This document shows, in pieces, positions 27,365 to 43,292 of a stretch of DNA of 64,000 nucleotides. Both the position numbers and the translations under genes were made by a program. The notes beneath the pieces are model-generated. The model ran no database searches. It saw nothing but the letters and a program-made list of their open reading frames with translations, and was not told where the DNA came from. This DNA is from Eledone cirrhosa (Eukaryota): contig OZ024758.1 of the NCBI GenBank assembly GCA_964016885.1, positions 39,494,001 through 39,558,000 of the forward strand, in the 5' to 3' direction. Each line of letters starts with the position of its first letter. Position 1 is the first letter of the stretch.

Positions 27365-30300
27365 TTGGAGTTACTTCTGACAGCTAGTACCATGAACTTA
27401 AATGAATTCTCACCAACAGTGGAGTTACTTCTGACAGCTAATACCATGAACTTAAATGAATTCTCACCAACAGTGGAGTTTCTTCTGACAGCTAATACCA
27501 TGAACTTAAATGAATTCTCACCAACATTGGAGTTACTTCTGACATCTAGTACCATGACTTAAATGAATTCTCACCAACAGTGGAGTTACTTCTGACAGCT
27601 AATACCATGAACTTAAATGAATTCTCACCAGCAGTGGACTTCCTTCTGACAGCTAATACCATGAACTTAAATGAATTCTCACCAACATTGGAGTTACTTC
27701 TGCCAGCTAGTACCATGACTTAAATGAATTCTCACCAACATTGGAGTTACTTCTGACAACTAATACCATGACTTAAATGAATTCTCACCAACAGTGGAGT
27801 TACTTCTGACAAACTAATACCATGAACTTAAATGAATTCTCACCAACAGTGGTGTTACTTCTGACAGCTAGTACCATGACTTAAATGAATTCTCACCAAC
27901 AATGGAGTTACTTCTGACAGCTAATACCATGACTTAAATGAATTCTCACCAACAGTGGAGTTACTTCTGACAGCTAATACCATGAACTTAAATGAATTCT
28001 CACCAACAGTGGAGTTACTTCTGACAGCTAGTACCATGAACTTAAATGAATTCTCACCAACATTGGAGTTCCTTCTGACAGCTAATACCATGAACTTAAA
28101 TGAATTCTCACTAACATTGGAGTTACTTCTGACAGCTAGTACCATGAACTTAAATGAATTCTCACCAACAGTGGAGTTACTTCTGACAGCTAATACCATG
28201 AACTTAAATGAATTCTCACCAACAGTGGCGTTCCTTCTGACAGCTAATACCATGAACTTAAATGAATTCTCACCAACAGTGGAGTTACTTCTGACAGCTA
28301 GTACCATGACTTAAATGAATTCTCACCAACAGTGGAGTTACTTCTGACAGCTAGTACCATGAACTTAAATGAATTCTCACCAACATGGAGTTCTTTCTGA
28401 CAGCTAATACCATGAACTTAAATGAATTCTCACCAACAGTGGAGTTACTTCTGACAGCTAATACCATGAACTTAAATGGATTCTCACCAACAGTGGAGTT
28501 ACTTCTGACAGCTAATACCATGAACTTAAATGAATTCTCACCAACAGTGGAGTTACTTCTGACAGCTAATACCATGAACTTAAATGAAATCTCACCAACA
28601 TTGGAGTGACTTCTGACAGCTAATACCATGAACTTAAATGAATTCTCACCAACATTGGGGTTACTTCTGACAGCTAGTACCATGAACTTAAATGAATTCT
28701 CACCAACAGTGGAGTGACTTCTGACAGCTAATACCATGAACTTAAATGAATTCTCACCAACAGTGGAGTTACTTCTGACAAACTAATACCATGAACTTAA
28801 ATGAATTCTCACCAACAGTGGAGTTACTTCTGACAGCTAGTACCATGAACTTAAATGAATTCTCACCAACAGTGGAGTTACTTCTGACAGCTAATACCAT
28901 GAACTTAAATGAATTCTCACCAACAGTGGAGTTACTTCTGACAGCTAATACCATGAACTTAAATGAATTCTCACCAACATTGGAGTGACTTCTGACAGCT
29001 AATACCATGAACTTAAATGAATTCACACCAACATTGGAGTTACTTCTGACAGCTAATACCATGAACTTAAATGAATTCTCACCAACAGTGGAGTTACTTC
29101 TGACAGCTAGTACCATGAACTTAAATGAATTCTCACCAACAGTGGAGTTACTTCTGACAGCTAATACCATGAACTTAAATGAATTCTCACCAACATTGGA
29201 GTGACTTCTGACAGCTAGTACCATGAACTTAAATGAATTCTCACCAACAGTGGAGTTACTTCTGACAGCTAGTACCATGAACTTAAATGAATTCTCACCA
29301 ACAGTGGAGTTACTTCTGACAGCTAGTACCATGAACTTAAATGAATTCTCACCAACAGTGGAGTTACTTCTGACAGCTAATACCATGAACTTAAATGAAT
29401 TCTCACCAACATTGGAGTGACTTCTGACAGCTAGTACCATGAACTTAAATGAATTCTCACCAACAGTGGAGTTACTTCTGACAGCTAGTACCATGAACTT
29501 AAATGAATTCTCACCAACAGTGGAGTTACTTCTGACAGCTAGTACCATGAACTTAAATGAATTCTCACCAACAGTGGAGTTCCTTCTGACAGCTAATACC
29601 ATGAACTTAAATGAATTCTCACCAACAGTGGAGTTACTTCTGACAGCTAGTACCATGACTTAAATGAATTCTCACCAACAATGGAGTTACTTCTGACAGC
29701 TATATACCATGACTTAAATGAATTCTCACCAACAGTGGAGTTACTTCTGACAGCTAATACCATGAACTTAAATGAATTCTCACCAACAATGGAGTTACTT
29801 CTGACAGCTAGTACCATGAACTTAAATGAATTCTCACCAACATTGGAGTTACTTCTGACAACTAATACCATGACTTAAATGAATTCTCACCAACAGTGGA
29901 GTTACTTCTGACAACTAATACCATGAACTTAAATGAATTCTCACCAACAGTGGAGTTACTTCTGACAACTAGTACCATGAACTTAAATGAATTCTCACCA
30001 ACAGTGGAGTTACTTCTGACAGCTAATACCATGAACTTAAATGAATTCTCACCAACAGTGGAGTTCCTTCTGACAGCTAATACCATGAACTTAAATGAAT
30101 TCTCACCAACAGTGGAGTTACTTCTGACAGCTAGTACCATGAACTTAAATGAATTCTCACCAACAGTGGAGTTACTTCTGACAGCTAATACCATGAACTT
30201 AAATGAATTCTCACCAACAGTGGCGTTCCTTCTGACAGCTAATACCATGAACTTAAATGAATTCTCACCAACAGTGGAGTTACTTCTGACAGCTAGTACC

Positions 30301-31489
30301 ATGACTTAAATGAATTCTCACCAACATTGGAGTTCCTTCTGACAGCTAATACCATGAACTTAAATGAATTCTCACCAACAGTGGAGTTACTTCTGACAGC
30401 TAATACCATGAACTTAAATGAATTCTCACCAACAGTGGAGTTACTTCTGACAGCTAATACCATGAACTTAAATGAATTCTCACCAACATTGGAGTGACTT
30501 CTGACAGCTAATACCATGAACTTAAATGAATTCTCACCAACATTGGAGTTACTTCTGACAGCTAATACCATGAACTAAAATGAATTCTCACCAACAGTGG
30601 AGTTACTTCTGACAGCTAGTACCATGAACTTCAATGAATTCTCACCAACAGTGGAGTTACTTCTGACAGCTAATACCATGAACTTAAATGAATTCTCACC
30701 AACATTGGAGTGACTTCTGACAGCTAATACCATGAACTTAAATGAATTCTCACCAACATTGGAGTGACTTCTGACAGCTAGTACCATGAACTTAAATGAA
30801 TTCTCACCAACAGTGGAGTTACTTCTGACAGCTAGTACCATGAACTTAAATGAATTCTCACCAACAGTGGAGTTACTTCTGACAGCTAGTACCATGAACA
30901 TAAATGAATTCTCACCATCAGTGGAGTTCCTTCTGACAGCTAATACCATGAACTTAAATGAATTCTCACCAACAGTGGAGTTACTTCTGACAGCTAGTAC
31001 CATGACTTAAATGAATTCTCACCAACAATGGAGTTACTTCTGACAGCTAATACCATGACTTAAATGAATTCTCACCAACAGTGGAGTTACTTCTGACAGC
31101 TAATACCATGAACTTAAATGAATTCTCACCAACTTTGGAGTGACTTCTGACAGCTAATACCATGAACTTAAATGAATTCTCACCAACATTGGAGTTACTT
31201 CTGACAGCTAATACCATGACTTAAATGAATTCTCACCAACAGTGGAGTTACTTCTGACAGCTAATACCATGAACTTAAATGAATCCTCACCAACATTGGA
31301 GTTACTTCTGACAGCTAGTACCATGAACTTAAATGAATTCTCACCAACAGTGGAGTTACTTCTGACAGCTAATACCATGAACTTAAATGAATTCTCACCA
31401 ACAGTGGAGTTCCTTCTGACAGCTAATACCATGAACTTAAATGAATTCTCACCAACATTGGAGTTACTTCTGACAGCTAGTACCATGAC

Positions 31490-34400
31490 TTAAATGAATT
31501 CTCACCAACAGTGGAGTTACTTCTGACAGCTAATACCATGAACTTAAATGAATTCTCACCAACAGTGGAGTTCCTTCTGACAGCTAATACCATGAACTTA
31601 AATGAATTCTCACCAACATTGGAGTTACTTCTGACAGCTAGTACCATGACTTAAATGAATTCTCACCAACATTGGAGTTACTTCTGACAACTAATACCAT
31701 GACTTAAATGAATTCTCACCAACAGTGGAGTTACTTCTGACAAACTAATACCATGAACTTAAATGAATTCTCACCAACAGTGGTGTTACTTCTGACAGCT
31801 AGTACCATGACTTAAATGAATTCTCACCAACAATGGAGTTACTTCTGACAGCTAATACCATGACTTAAATGAATTCTCACCAACAGTGGAGTTACTTCTG
31901 ACAGCTAATACCATGAACTTAAATGAATTCTTACCAAAAGTGGAGTTACTTCTGACAGCTAGTACCATGAACTTAAATGAATTCTCACCAACATTGGAGT
32001 TACTTCTGACAGCTAATACCATGACTTAAATGAATTCTCACCAACAGTGGAGTTACTTCTGACAGCTAATACCATGAACTTAAATGAATTCTCACCAACA
32101 TTGGAGTGACTTCTGACAGCTAATACCATGAACTTAAATGAATTCTCACCAACAGTGGCGTTCCTTCTGACAGCTAATACCATGAACTTAAATGAATTCT
32201 CACCAACAGTGGAGTTACTTCTGACAGCTAGTACCATGACTTAAATGAATTCTCACCAACATTGGAGTTCCTTCTGACAGCTAATACCATGAACTTAAAT
32301 GAATTCTCACCAACAGTGGAGTTACTTCTGACAGCTAATACCATGAACTTAAATGAATTCTCACCAACAGTGGAGTTACTTCTGACAGCTAATACCATGA
32401 ACTTAAATGAATTCTCACCAACATTGGAGTGACTTCTGACAGCTAATACCATGAACTTAAATGAATTCTCACCAACATTGGAGTTACTTCTGACAGCTAA
32501 TACCATGAACTAAAATGAATTCTCACCAACAGTGGAGTTACTTCTGACAGCTAGTACCATGAACTTAAATGAATTCTCACCAACAGTGGAGTTACTTCTG
32601 ACAGCTAATACCATGAACTTAAATGAATTCTCACCAACATTGGAGTGACTTCTGACAGCTAATACCATGAACTTAAATGAATTCTCACCAACATTGGAGT
32701 GACTTCTGACAGCTAGTACCATGAACTTAAATGAATTCTCACCAACAGTGGAGTTACTTCTGACAGCTAGTACCATGAACTTAAATGAATTCTCACCAAC
32801 AGTGGAGTTACTTCTGACAGCTAGTACCATGAACATAAATGAATTCTCACCATCAGTGGAGTTCCTTCTGACAGCTAATACCATGAACTTAAATGAATTC
32901 TCACCAACAGTGGAGTTACTTCTGACAGCTAGTACCATGACTTAAATGAATTCTCACCAACAATGGAGTTACTTCTGACAGCTAATACCATGACTTAAAT
33001 GAATTCTCACCAACAGTGGAGTTACTTCTGACAGCTAATACCATGAACTTAAATGAATTCTCACCAACATTGGAGTGACTTCTGACAGCTAATACCATGA
33101 ACTTAAATGAATTCTCACCAACATTGGAGTTACTTCTGACAGCTAATACCATGACTTAAATGAATTCTCACCAACAGTGGAGTTACTTCTGACAGCTAAT
33201 ACCATGAACTTAAATGAATCCTCACCAACATTGGAGTGACTTCTGACAGCTAGTACCATGAACTTAAATGAATTCTCACCAACAGTGGAGTTACTTCTGA
33301 CAGCTAGTACCATGAACTTAAATGAATTCTCACCAACAGTGGAGTTACTTCTGACAGCTAGTACCATGAACATAAATGAATTCTCACCATCAGTGGAGTT
33401 CCTTCTGACAGCTAATACCATGAACTTAAATGAATTCTCACCAACAGTGGAGTTACTTCTGACAGCTAGTACCATGACTTAAATGAATTCTCACCAACAA
33501 TGGAGTTACTTCTGACAGCTAATACCATGACTTAAATGAATTCTCACCAACAGTGGAGTTACTTCTGACAGCTAATACCATGAACTTAAATGAATTCTCA
33601 CCAACATTGGAGTGACTTCTGACAGCTAATACCATGAACTTAAATGAATTCTCACCAACATTGGAGTTACTTCTGACAGCTAATACCATGACTTAAATGA
33701 ATTCTCACCAACAGTGGAGTTACTTCTGACAGCTAATACCATGAACTTAAATGAATCCTCACCAACATTGGAGTTACTTCTGACAGCTAGTACCATGAAC
33801 TTAAATGAATTCTCACCAACAGTGGAGTTACTTCTGACAGCTAATACCATGAACTTAAATGAATTCTCACCAACAGTGGAGTTCCTTCTGACAGCTAATA
33901 CCATGAACTTAAATGAATTCTCACCAACATTGGAGTTACTTCTGACAGCTAGTACCATGACTTAAATGAATTCTCACCAACAGTGGAGTTACTTCTGACA
34001 GCTAATACCATGAACTTAAATGAATTCTCACCAACAGTGGAGTTTCTTCTGACAGCTAATACCATGAACTTAAATGAATTCTCACCAACATTGGAGTTAC
34101 TTCTGACAGCTAGTACCATGACTTAAATGAATTCTCACCAACATTGGAGTTACTTCTGACAACTAATACCATGACTTAAATGAATTCTCACCAACAGTGG
34201 AGTTACTTCTGACAAACTAATACCATGAACTTAAATGAATTCTCACCAACAGTGGTGTTACTTCTGACAGCTAGTACCATGACTTAAATGAATTCTCACC
34301 AACAATGGAGTTACTTCTGACAGCTAATACCATGACTTAAATGAATTCTCACCAACAGTGGAGTTACTTCTGACAGCTAATACCATGAACTTAAATGAAT

Positions 34401-37400
34401 TCTTACCAAAAGTGGAGTTACTTCTGACAGCTAGTACCATGAACTTAAATGAATTCTCACCAACATTGGAGTTACTTCTGACAACTAATACCATGACTTA
34501 AATGAATTGTCACCAACAGTGGAGTTACTTCTGACAACTAATAGCATGAACTTAAATGAATTCTCACCAACAGTGGAGTTACTTCTGACAACTAGTACCA
34601 TGAACTTAAATGAATTCTCACCAACAGTGGAGTTACTTCTGACAGCTAATACCATGAACTTAAATGAATTCTCACCAACAGTGGAGTTCCTTCTGACAGC
34701 TAATACCATGAACTTAAATGAATTCTCACCAACATTGGAGTTACTTCTGACAGCTAGTACCATGAACTTAAATGAATTCTCACCAACAGTGGAGTTACTT
34801 CTGACAGCTAATACCATGAACTTAAATGAATTCTCACCAACAGTGGCGTTCCTTCTGACAGCTAATACCATGAAGTTAAATGAATTCTCACCAACAGTGG
34901 AGTTACTTCTGACAGCTAGTACCATGACTTAAATGAATTCTCACCAACAGTGGAGTTACTTCTGACAGCTAATACCATGAACTTAAATGGATTCTCACCA
35001 ACAGTGGAGTTACTTCTGACAGCTAATACCATGAACTTAAATGAATTCTCACCAACAGTGGAGTTACTTCTGACAGCTAATACCATGAACTTAAATGAAT
35101 TCTCACCAACATTGGAGTGACTTCTGACAGCTAATACCATGAACTTAAATGAATTCTCACCAACATTGGAGTTACTTCTGACAACTAATACCATGACTTA
35201 AATGAATTCTCACCAACAGTGGAGTTACTTCTGACAACTAATACCATGAACTTAAATGAATTCTCACCAACAGTGGAGTTACTTCTGACAACTAGTACCA
35301 TGAACTTAAATGAATTCTCACCAACAGTGGAGTTACTTCTGACAGCTAATACCATGAACTTAAATGAATTCTCACCAACAGTGGCGTTCCTTCTGACAGC
35401 TAATACCATGAACTTAAATGAATTCTCACCAACAGTGGAGTTACTTCTGACAGCTAATACCATGAACTTAAATGAATTCTCACCAACAGTGGAGTTCCTT
35501 CTGACAGCTAATACCATGAACTTAAATGAATTCTCACCAACATTGGAGTTACTTCTGACAGCTAGTACCATGACTTAAATGAATTCTCACCAACATTGGA
35601 GTTACTTCTGACAACTAATACCATGACTTAAATGAATTCTCACCAACAGTGGAGTTACTTCTGACAAACTAATACCATGAACTTAAATGAATTCTCACCA
35701 ACAGTGGTGTTACTTCTGACAGCTAGTACCATGACTTAAATGAATTCTCACCAACAATGGAGTTACTTCTGACAGCTAATACCATGACTTAAATGAATTC
35801 TCACCAACAGTGGAGTTACTTCTGACAGCTAATACCATGAACTTAAATGAATTCTTACCAAAAGTGGAGTTACTTCTGACAGCTAGTACCATGAACTTAA
35901 ATGAATTCTCACCAACATTGGAGTTACTTCTGACAGCTAATACCATGACTTAAATGAATTCTCACCAACAGTGGAGTTACTTCTGACAGCTAATACCATG
36001 AACTTAAATGAATTCTCACCAACATTGGAGTGACTTCTGACAGCTAATACCATGAACTTAAATGAATTCTCACCAACAGTGGCGTTCCTTCTGACAGCTA
36101 ATACCATGAACTTAAATGAATTCTCACCAACAGTGGAGTTACTTCTGACAGCTAGTACCATGACTTAAATGAATTCTCACCAACATTGGAGTTCCTTCTG
36201 ACAGCTAATACCATGAACTTAAATGAATTCTCACCAACAGTGGAGTTACTTCTGACAGCTAATACCATGAACTTAAATGAATTCTCACCAACAGTGGAGT
36301 TACTTCTGACAGCTAATACCATGAACTTAAATGAATTCTCACCAACATTGGAGTGACTTCTGACAGCTAATACCATGAACTTAAATGAATTCTCACCAAC
36401 ATTGGAGTTACTTCTGACAGCTAATACCATGAACTAAAATGAATTCTCACCAACAGTGGAGTTACTTCTGACAGCTAGTACCATGAACTTAAATGAATTC
36501 TCACCAACAGTGGAGTTACTTCTGACAGCTAATACCATGAACTTAAATGAATTCTCACCAACATTGGAGTGACTTCTGACAGCTAATACCATGAACTTAA
36601 ATGAATTCTCACCAACATTGGAGTGACTTCTGACAGCTAGTACCATGAACTTAAATGAATTCTCACCAACAGTGGAGTTACTTCTGACAGCTAGTACCAT
36701 GAACTTAAATGAATTCTCACCAACAGTGGAGTTACTTCTGACAGCTAGTACCATGAACATAAATGAATTCTCACCATCAGTGGAGTTCCTTCTGACAGCT
36801 AATACCATGAACTTAAATGAATTCTCACCAACAGTGGAGTTACTTCTGACAGCTAGTACCATGACTTAAATGAATTCTCACCAACAATGGAGTTACTTCT
36901 GACAGCTAATACCATGACTTAAATGAATTCTCACCAACAGTGGAGTTACTTCTGACAGCTAATACCATGAACTTAAATGAATTCTCACCAACATTGGAGT
37001 GACTTCTGACAGCTAATACCATGAACTTAAATGAATTCTCACCAACATTGGAGTTACTTCTGACAGCTAATACCATGACTTAAATGAATTCTCACCAACA
37101 GTGGAGTTACTTCTGACAGCTAATACCATGAACTTAAATGAATCCTCACCAACATTGGAGTGACTTCTGACAGCTAGTACCATGAACTTAAATGAATTCT
37201 CACCAACAGTGGAGTTACTTCTGACAGCTAGTACCATGAACTTAAATGAATTCTCACCAACAGTGGAGTTACTTCTGACAGCTAGTACCATGAACATAAA
37301 TGAATTCTCACCATCAGTGGAGTTCCTTCTGACAGCTAATACCATGAACTTAAATGAATTCTCACCAACAGTGGAGTTACTTCTGACAGCTAGTACCATG

Positions 37401-40400
37401 ACTTAAATGAATTCTCACCAACAATGGAGTTACTTCTGACAGCTAATACCATGACTTAAATGAATTCTCACCAACAGTGGAGTTACTTCTGACAGCTAAT
37501 ACCATGAACTTAAATGAATTCTCACCAACATTGGAGTGACTTCTGACAGCTAATACCATGAACTTAAATGAATTCTCACCAACATTGGAGTTACTTCTGA
37601 CAGCTAATACCATGACTTAAATGAATTCTCACCAACAGTGGAGTTACTTCTGACAGCTAATACCATGAACTTAAATGAATCCTCACCAACATTGGAGTTA
37701 CTTCTGACAGCTAGTACCATGAACTTAAATGAATTCTCACCAACAGTGGAGTTACTTCTGACAGCTAATACCATGAACTTAAATGAATTCTCACCAACAG
37801 TGGAGTTCCTTCTGACAGCTAATACCATGAACTTAAATGAATTCTCACCAACATTGGAGTTACTTCTGACAGCTAGTACCATGACTTAAATGAATTCTCA
37901 CCAACAGTGGAGTTACTTCTGACAGCTAATACCATGAACTTAAATGAATTCTCACCAACAGTGGAGTTTCTTCTGACAGCTAATACCATGAACTTAAATG
38001 AATTCTCACCAACATTGGAGTTACTTCTGACAGCTAGTACCATGACTTAAATGAATTCTCACCAACATTGGAGTTACTTCTGACAACTAATACCATGACT
38101 TAAATGAATTCTCACCAACAGTGGAGTTACTTCTGACAAACTAATACCATGAACTTAAATGAATTCTCACCAACAGTGGTGTTACTTCTGACAGCTAGTA
38201 CCATGACTTAAATGAATTCTCACCAACAATGGAGTTACTTCTGACAGCTAATACCATGACTTAAATGAATTCTCACCAACAGTGGAGTTACTTCTGACAG
38301 CTAATACCATGAACTTAAATGAATTCTTACCAAAAGTGGAGTTACTTCTGACAGCTAGTACCATGAACTTAAATGAATTCTCACCAACATTGGAGTTACT
38401 TCTGACAACTAATACCATGACTTAAATGAATTGTCACCAACAGTGGAGTTACTTCTGACAACTAATAGCATGAACTTAAATGAATTCTCACCAACAGTGG
38501 AGTTACTTCTGACAACTAGTACCATGAACTTAAATGAATTCTCACCAACAGTGGAGTTACTTCTGACAGCTAATACCATGAACTTAAATGAATTCTCACC
38601 AACAGTGGAGTTCCTTCTGACAGCTAATACCATGAACTTAAATGAATTCTCACCAACATTGGAGTTACTTCTGACAGCTAGTACCATGAACTTAAATGAA
38701 TTCTCACCAACAGTGGAGTTACTTCTGACAGCTAATACCATGAACTTAAATGAATTCTCACCAACAGTGGCGTTCCTTCTGACAGCTAATACCATGAAGT
38801 TAAATGAATTCTCACCAACAGTGGAGTTACTTCTGACAGCTAGTACCATGACTTAAATGAATTCTCACCAACAGTGGAGTTACTTCTGACAGCTAATACC
38901 ATGAACTTAAATGGATTCTCACCAACAGTGGAGTTACTTCTGACAGCTAATACCATGAACTTAAATGAATTCTCACCAACAGTGGAGTTACTTCTGACAG
39001 CTAATACCATGAACTTAAATGAATTCTCACCAACATTGGAGTGACTTCTGACAGCTAATACCATGAACTTAAATGAATTCTCACCAACATTGGAGTTACT
39101 TCTGACAACTAATACCATGACTTAAATGAATTCTCACCAACAGTGGAGTTACTTCTGACAACTAATACCATGAACTTAAATGAATTCTCACCAACAGTGG
39201 AGTTACTTCTGACAACTAGTACCATGAACTTAAATGAATTCTCACCAACAGTGGAGTTACTTCTGACAGCTAATACCATGAACTTAAATGAATTCTCACC
39301 AACAGTGGCGTTCCTTCTGACAGCTAATACCATGAACTTAAATGAATTCTCACCAACAGTGGAGTTACTTCTGACAGCTAATACCATGAACTTAAATGAA
39401 TTCTCACCAACAGTGGAGTTCCTTCTGACAGCTAATACCATGAACTTAAATGAATTCTCACCAACATTGGAGTTACTTCTGACAGCTAGTACCATGACTT
39501 AAATGAATTCTCACCAACATTGGAGTTACTTCTGACAACTAATACCATGACTTAAATGAATTCTCACCAACAGTGGAGTTACTTCTGACAAACTAATACC
39601 ATGAACTTAAATGAATTCTCACCAACAGTGGTGTTACTTCTGACAGCTAGTACCATGACTTAAATGAATTCTCACCAACAATGGAGTTACTTCTGACAGC
39701 TAATACCATGACTTAAATGAATTCTCACCAACAGTGGAGTTACTTCTGACAGCTAATACCATGAACTTAAATGAATTCTTACCAAAAGTGGAGTTACTTC
39801 TGACAGCTAGTACCATGAACTTAAATGAATTCTCACCAACATTGGAGTTACTTCTGACAGCTAATACCATGACTTAAATGAATTCTCACCAACAGTGGAG
39901 TTACTTCTGACAGCTAATACCATGAACTTAAATGAATTCTCACCAACATTGGAGTGACTTCTGACAGCTAATACCATGAACTTAAATGAATTCTCACCAA
40001 CAGTGGCGTTCCTTCTGACAGCTAATACCATGAACTTAAATGAATTCTCACCAACAGTGGAGTTACTTCTGACAGCTAGTACCATGACTTAAATGAATTC
40101 TCACCAACATTGGAGTTCCTTCTGACAGCTAATACCATGAACTTAAATGAATTCTCACCAACAGTGGAGTTACTTCTGACAGCTAATACCATGAACTTAA
40201 ATGAATTCTCACCAACAGTGGAGTTACTTCTGACAGCTAATACCATGAACTTAAATGAATTCTCACCAACATTGGAGTGACTTCTGACAGCTAATACCAT
40301 GAACTTAAATGAATTCTCACCAACATTGGAGTTACTTCTGACAGCTAATACCATGAACTAAAATGAATTCTCACCAACAGTGGAGTTACTTCTGACAGCT

Positions 40401-43292
40401 AGTACCATGAACTTAAATGAATTCTCACCAACAGTGGAGTTACTTCTGACAGCTAATACCATGAACTTAAATGAATTCTCACCAACATTGGAGTGACTTC
40501 TGACAGCTAATACCATGAACTTAAATGAATTCTCACCAACATTGGAGTGACTTCTGACAGCTAGTACCATGAACTTAAATGAATTCTCACCAACAGTGGA
40601 GTTACTTCTGACAGCTAGTACCATGAACTTAAATGAATTCTCACCAACAGTGGAGTTACTTCTGACAGCTAGTACCATGAACATAAATGAATTCTCACCA
40701 TCAGTGGAGTTCCTTCTGACAGCTAATACCATGAACTTAAATGAATTCTCACCAACAGTGGAGTTACTTCTGACAGCTAGTACCATGACTTAAATGAATT
40801 CTCACCAACAATGGAGTTACTTCTGACAGCTAATACCATGACTTAAATGAATTCTCACCAACAGTGGAGTTACTTCTGACAGCTAATACCATGAACTTAA
40901 ATGAATTCTCACCAACATTGGAGTGACTTCTGACAGCTAATACCATGAACTTAAATGAATTCTCACCAACATTGGAGTTACTTCTGACAGCTAATACCAT
41001 GACTTAAATGAATTCTCACCAACAGTGGAGTTACTTCTGACAGCTAATACCATGAACTTAAATGAATCCTCACCAACATTGGAGTGACTTCTGACAGCTA
41101 GTACCATGAACTTAAATGAATTCTCACCAACAGTGGAGTTACTTCTGACAGCTAGTACCATGAACTTAAATGAATTCTCACCAACAGTGGAGTTACTTCT
41201 GACAGCTAGTACCATGAACATAAATGAATTCTCACCATCAGTGGAGTTCCTTCTGACAGCTAATACCATGAACTTAAATGAATTCTCACCAACAGTGGAG
41301 TTACTTCTGACAGCTAGTACCATGACTTAAATGAATTCTCACCAACAATGGAGTTACTTCTGACAGCTAATACCATGACTTAAATGAATTCTCACCAACA
41401 GTGGAGTTACTTCTGACAGCTAATACCATGAACTTAAATGAATTCTCACCAACATTGGAGTGACTTCTGACAGCTAATACCATGAACTTAAATGAATTCT
41501 CACCAACATTGGAGTTACTTCTGACAGCTAATACCATGACTTAAATGAATTCTCACCAACAGTGGAGTTACTTCTGACAGCTAATACCATGAACTTAAAT
41601 GAATCCTCACCAACATTGGAGTTACTTCTGACAGCTAGTACCATGAACTTAAATGAATTCTCACCAACAGTGGAGTTACTTCTGACAGCTAATACCATGA
41701 ACTTAAATGAATTCTCACCAACAGTGGAGTTCCTTCTGACAGCTAATACCATGAACTTAAATGAATTCTCACCAACATTGGAGTTACTTCTGACAGCTAG
41801 TACCATGACTTAAATGAATTCTCACCAACAGTGGAGTTACTTCTGACAGCTAATACCATGAACTTAAATGAATTCTCACCAACAGTGGAGTTTCTTCTGA
41901 CAGCTAATACCATGAACTTAAATGAATTCTCACCAACATTGGAGTTACTTCTGACAGCTAGTACCATGACTTAAATGAATTCTCACCAACATTGGAGTTA
42001 CTTCTGACAACTAATACCATGACTTAAATGAATTCTCACCAACAGTGGAGTTACTTCTGACAAACTAATACCATGAACTTAAATGAATTCTCACCAACAG
42101 TGGTGTTACTTCTGACAGCTAGTACCATGACTTAAATGAATTCTCACCAACAATGGAGTTACTTCTGACAGCTAATACCATGACTTAAATGAATTCTCAC
42201 CAACAGTGGAGTTACTTCTGACAGCTAATACCATGAACTTAAATGAATTCTTACCAAAAGTGGAGTTACTTCTGACAGCTAGTACCATGAACTTAAATGA
42301 ATTCTCACCAACATTGGAGTTACTTCTGACAACTAATACCATGACTTAAATGAATTGTCACCAACAGTGGAGTTACTTCTGACAACTAATAGCATGAACT
42401 TAAATGAATTCTCACCAACAGTGGAGTTACTTCTGACAACTAGTACCATGAACTTAAATGAATTCTCACCAACAGTGGAGTTACTTCTGACAGCTAATAC
42501 CATGAACTTAAATGAATTCTCACCAACAGTGGAGTTCCTTCTGACAGCTAATACCATGAACTTAAATGAATTCTCACCAACATTGGAGTTACTTCTGACA
42601 GCTAGTACCATGAACTTAAATGAATTCTCACCAACAGTGGAGTTACTTCTGACAGCTAATACCATGAACTTAAATGAATTCTCACCAACAGTGGCGTTCC
42701 TTCTGACAGCTAATACCATGAAGTTAAATGAATTCTCACCAACAGTGGAGTTACTTCTGACAGCTAGTACCATGACTTAAATGAATTCTCACCAACAGTG
42801 GAGTTACTTCTGACAGCTAATACCATGAACTTAAATGGATTCTCACCAACAGTGGAGTTACTTCTGACAGCTAATACCATGAACTTAAATGAATTCTCAC
42901 CAACAGTGGAGTTACTTCTGACAGCTAATACCATGAACTTAAATGAATTCTCACCAACATTGGAGTGACTTCTGACAGCTAATACCATGAACTTAAATGA
43001 ATTCTCACCAACATTGGAGTTACTTCTGACAACTAATACCATGACTTAAATGAATTCTCACCAACAGTGGAGTTACTTCTGACAACTAATACCATGAACT
43101 TAAATGAATTCTCACCAACAGTGGAGTTACTTCTGACAACTAGTACCATGAACTTAAATGAATTCTCACCAACAGTGGAGTTACTTCTGACAGCTAATAC
43201 CATGAACTTAAATGAATTCTCACCAACAGTGGCGTTCCTTCTGACAGCTAATACCATGAACTTAAATGAATTCTCACCAACAGTGGAGTTAC
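31490..43292. repeat. 3,924-bp (73-monomer) higher-order unit, 3 near-identical tandem copies, each containing an internal 537-bp duplication
   Basis: Offset 3924 twice for ORFs 32013/35937/39861, 32510/36434/40358, 33143/37067/40991, 34485/38409/42333 and 35185/39109/43033. Private variants AATTGTCA and AATAGCATG occur once per unit. The internal offset is 537 (32721/33258). Confidence 0.95.
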
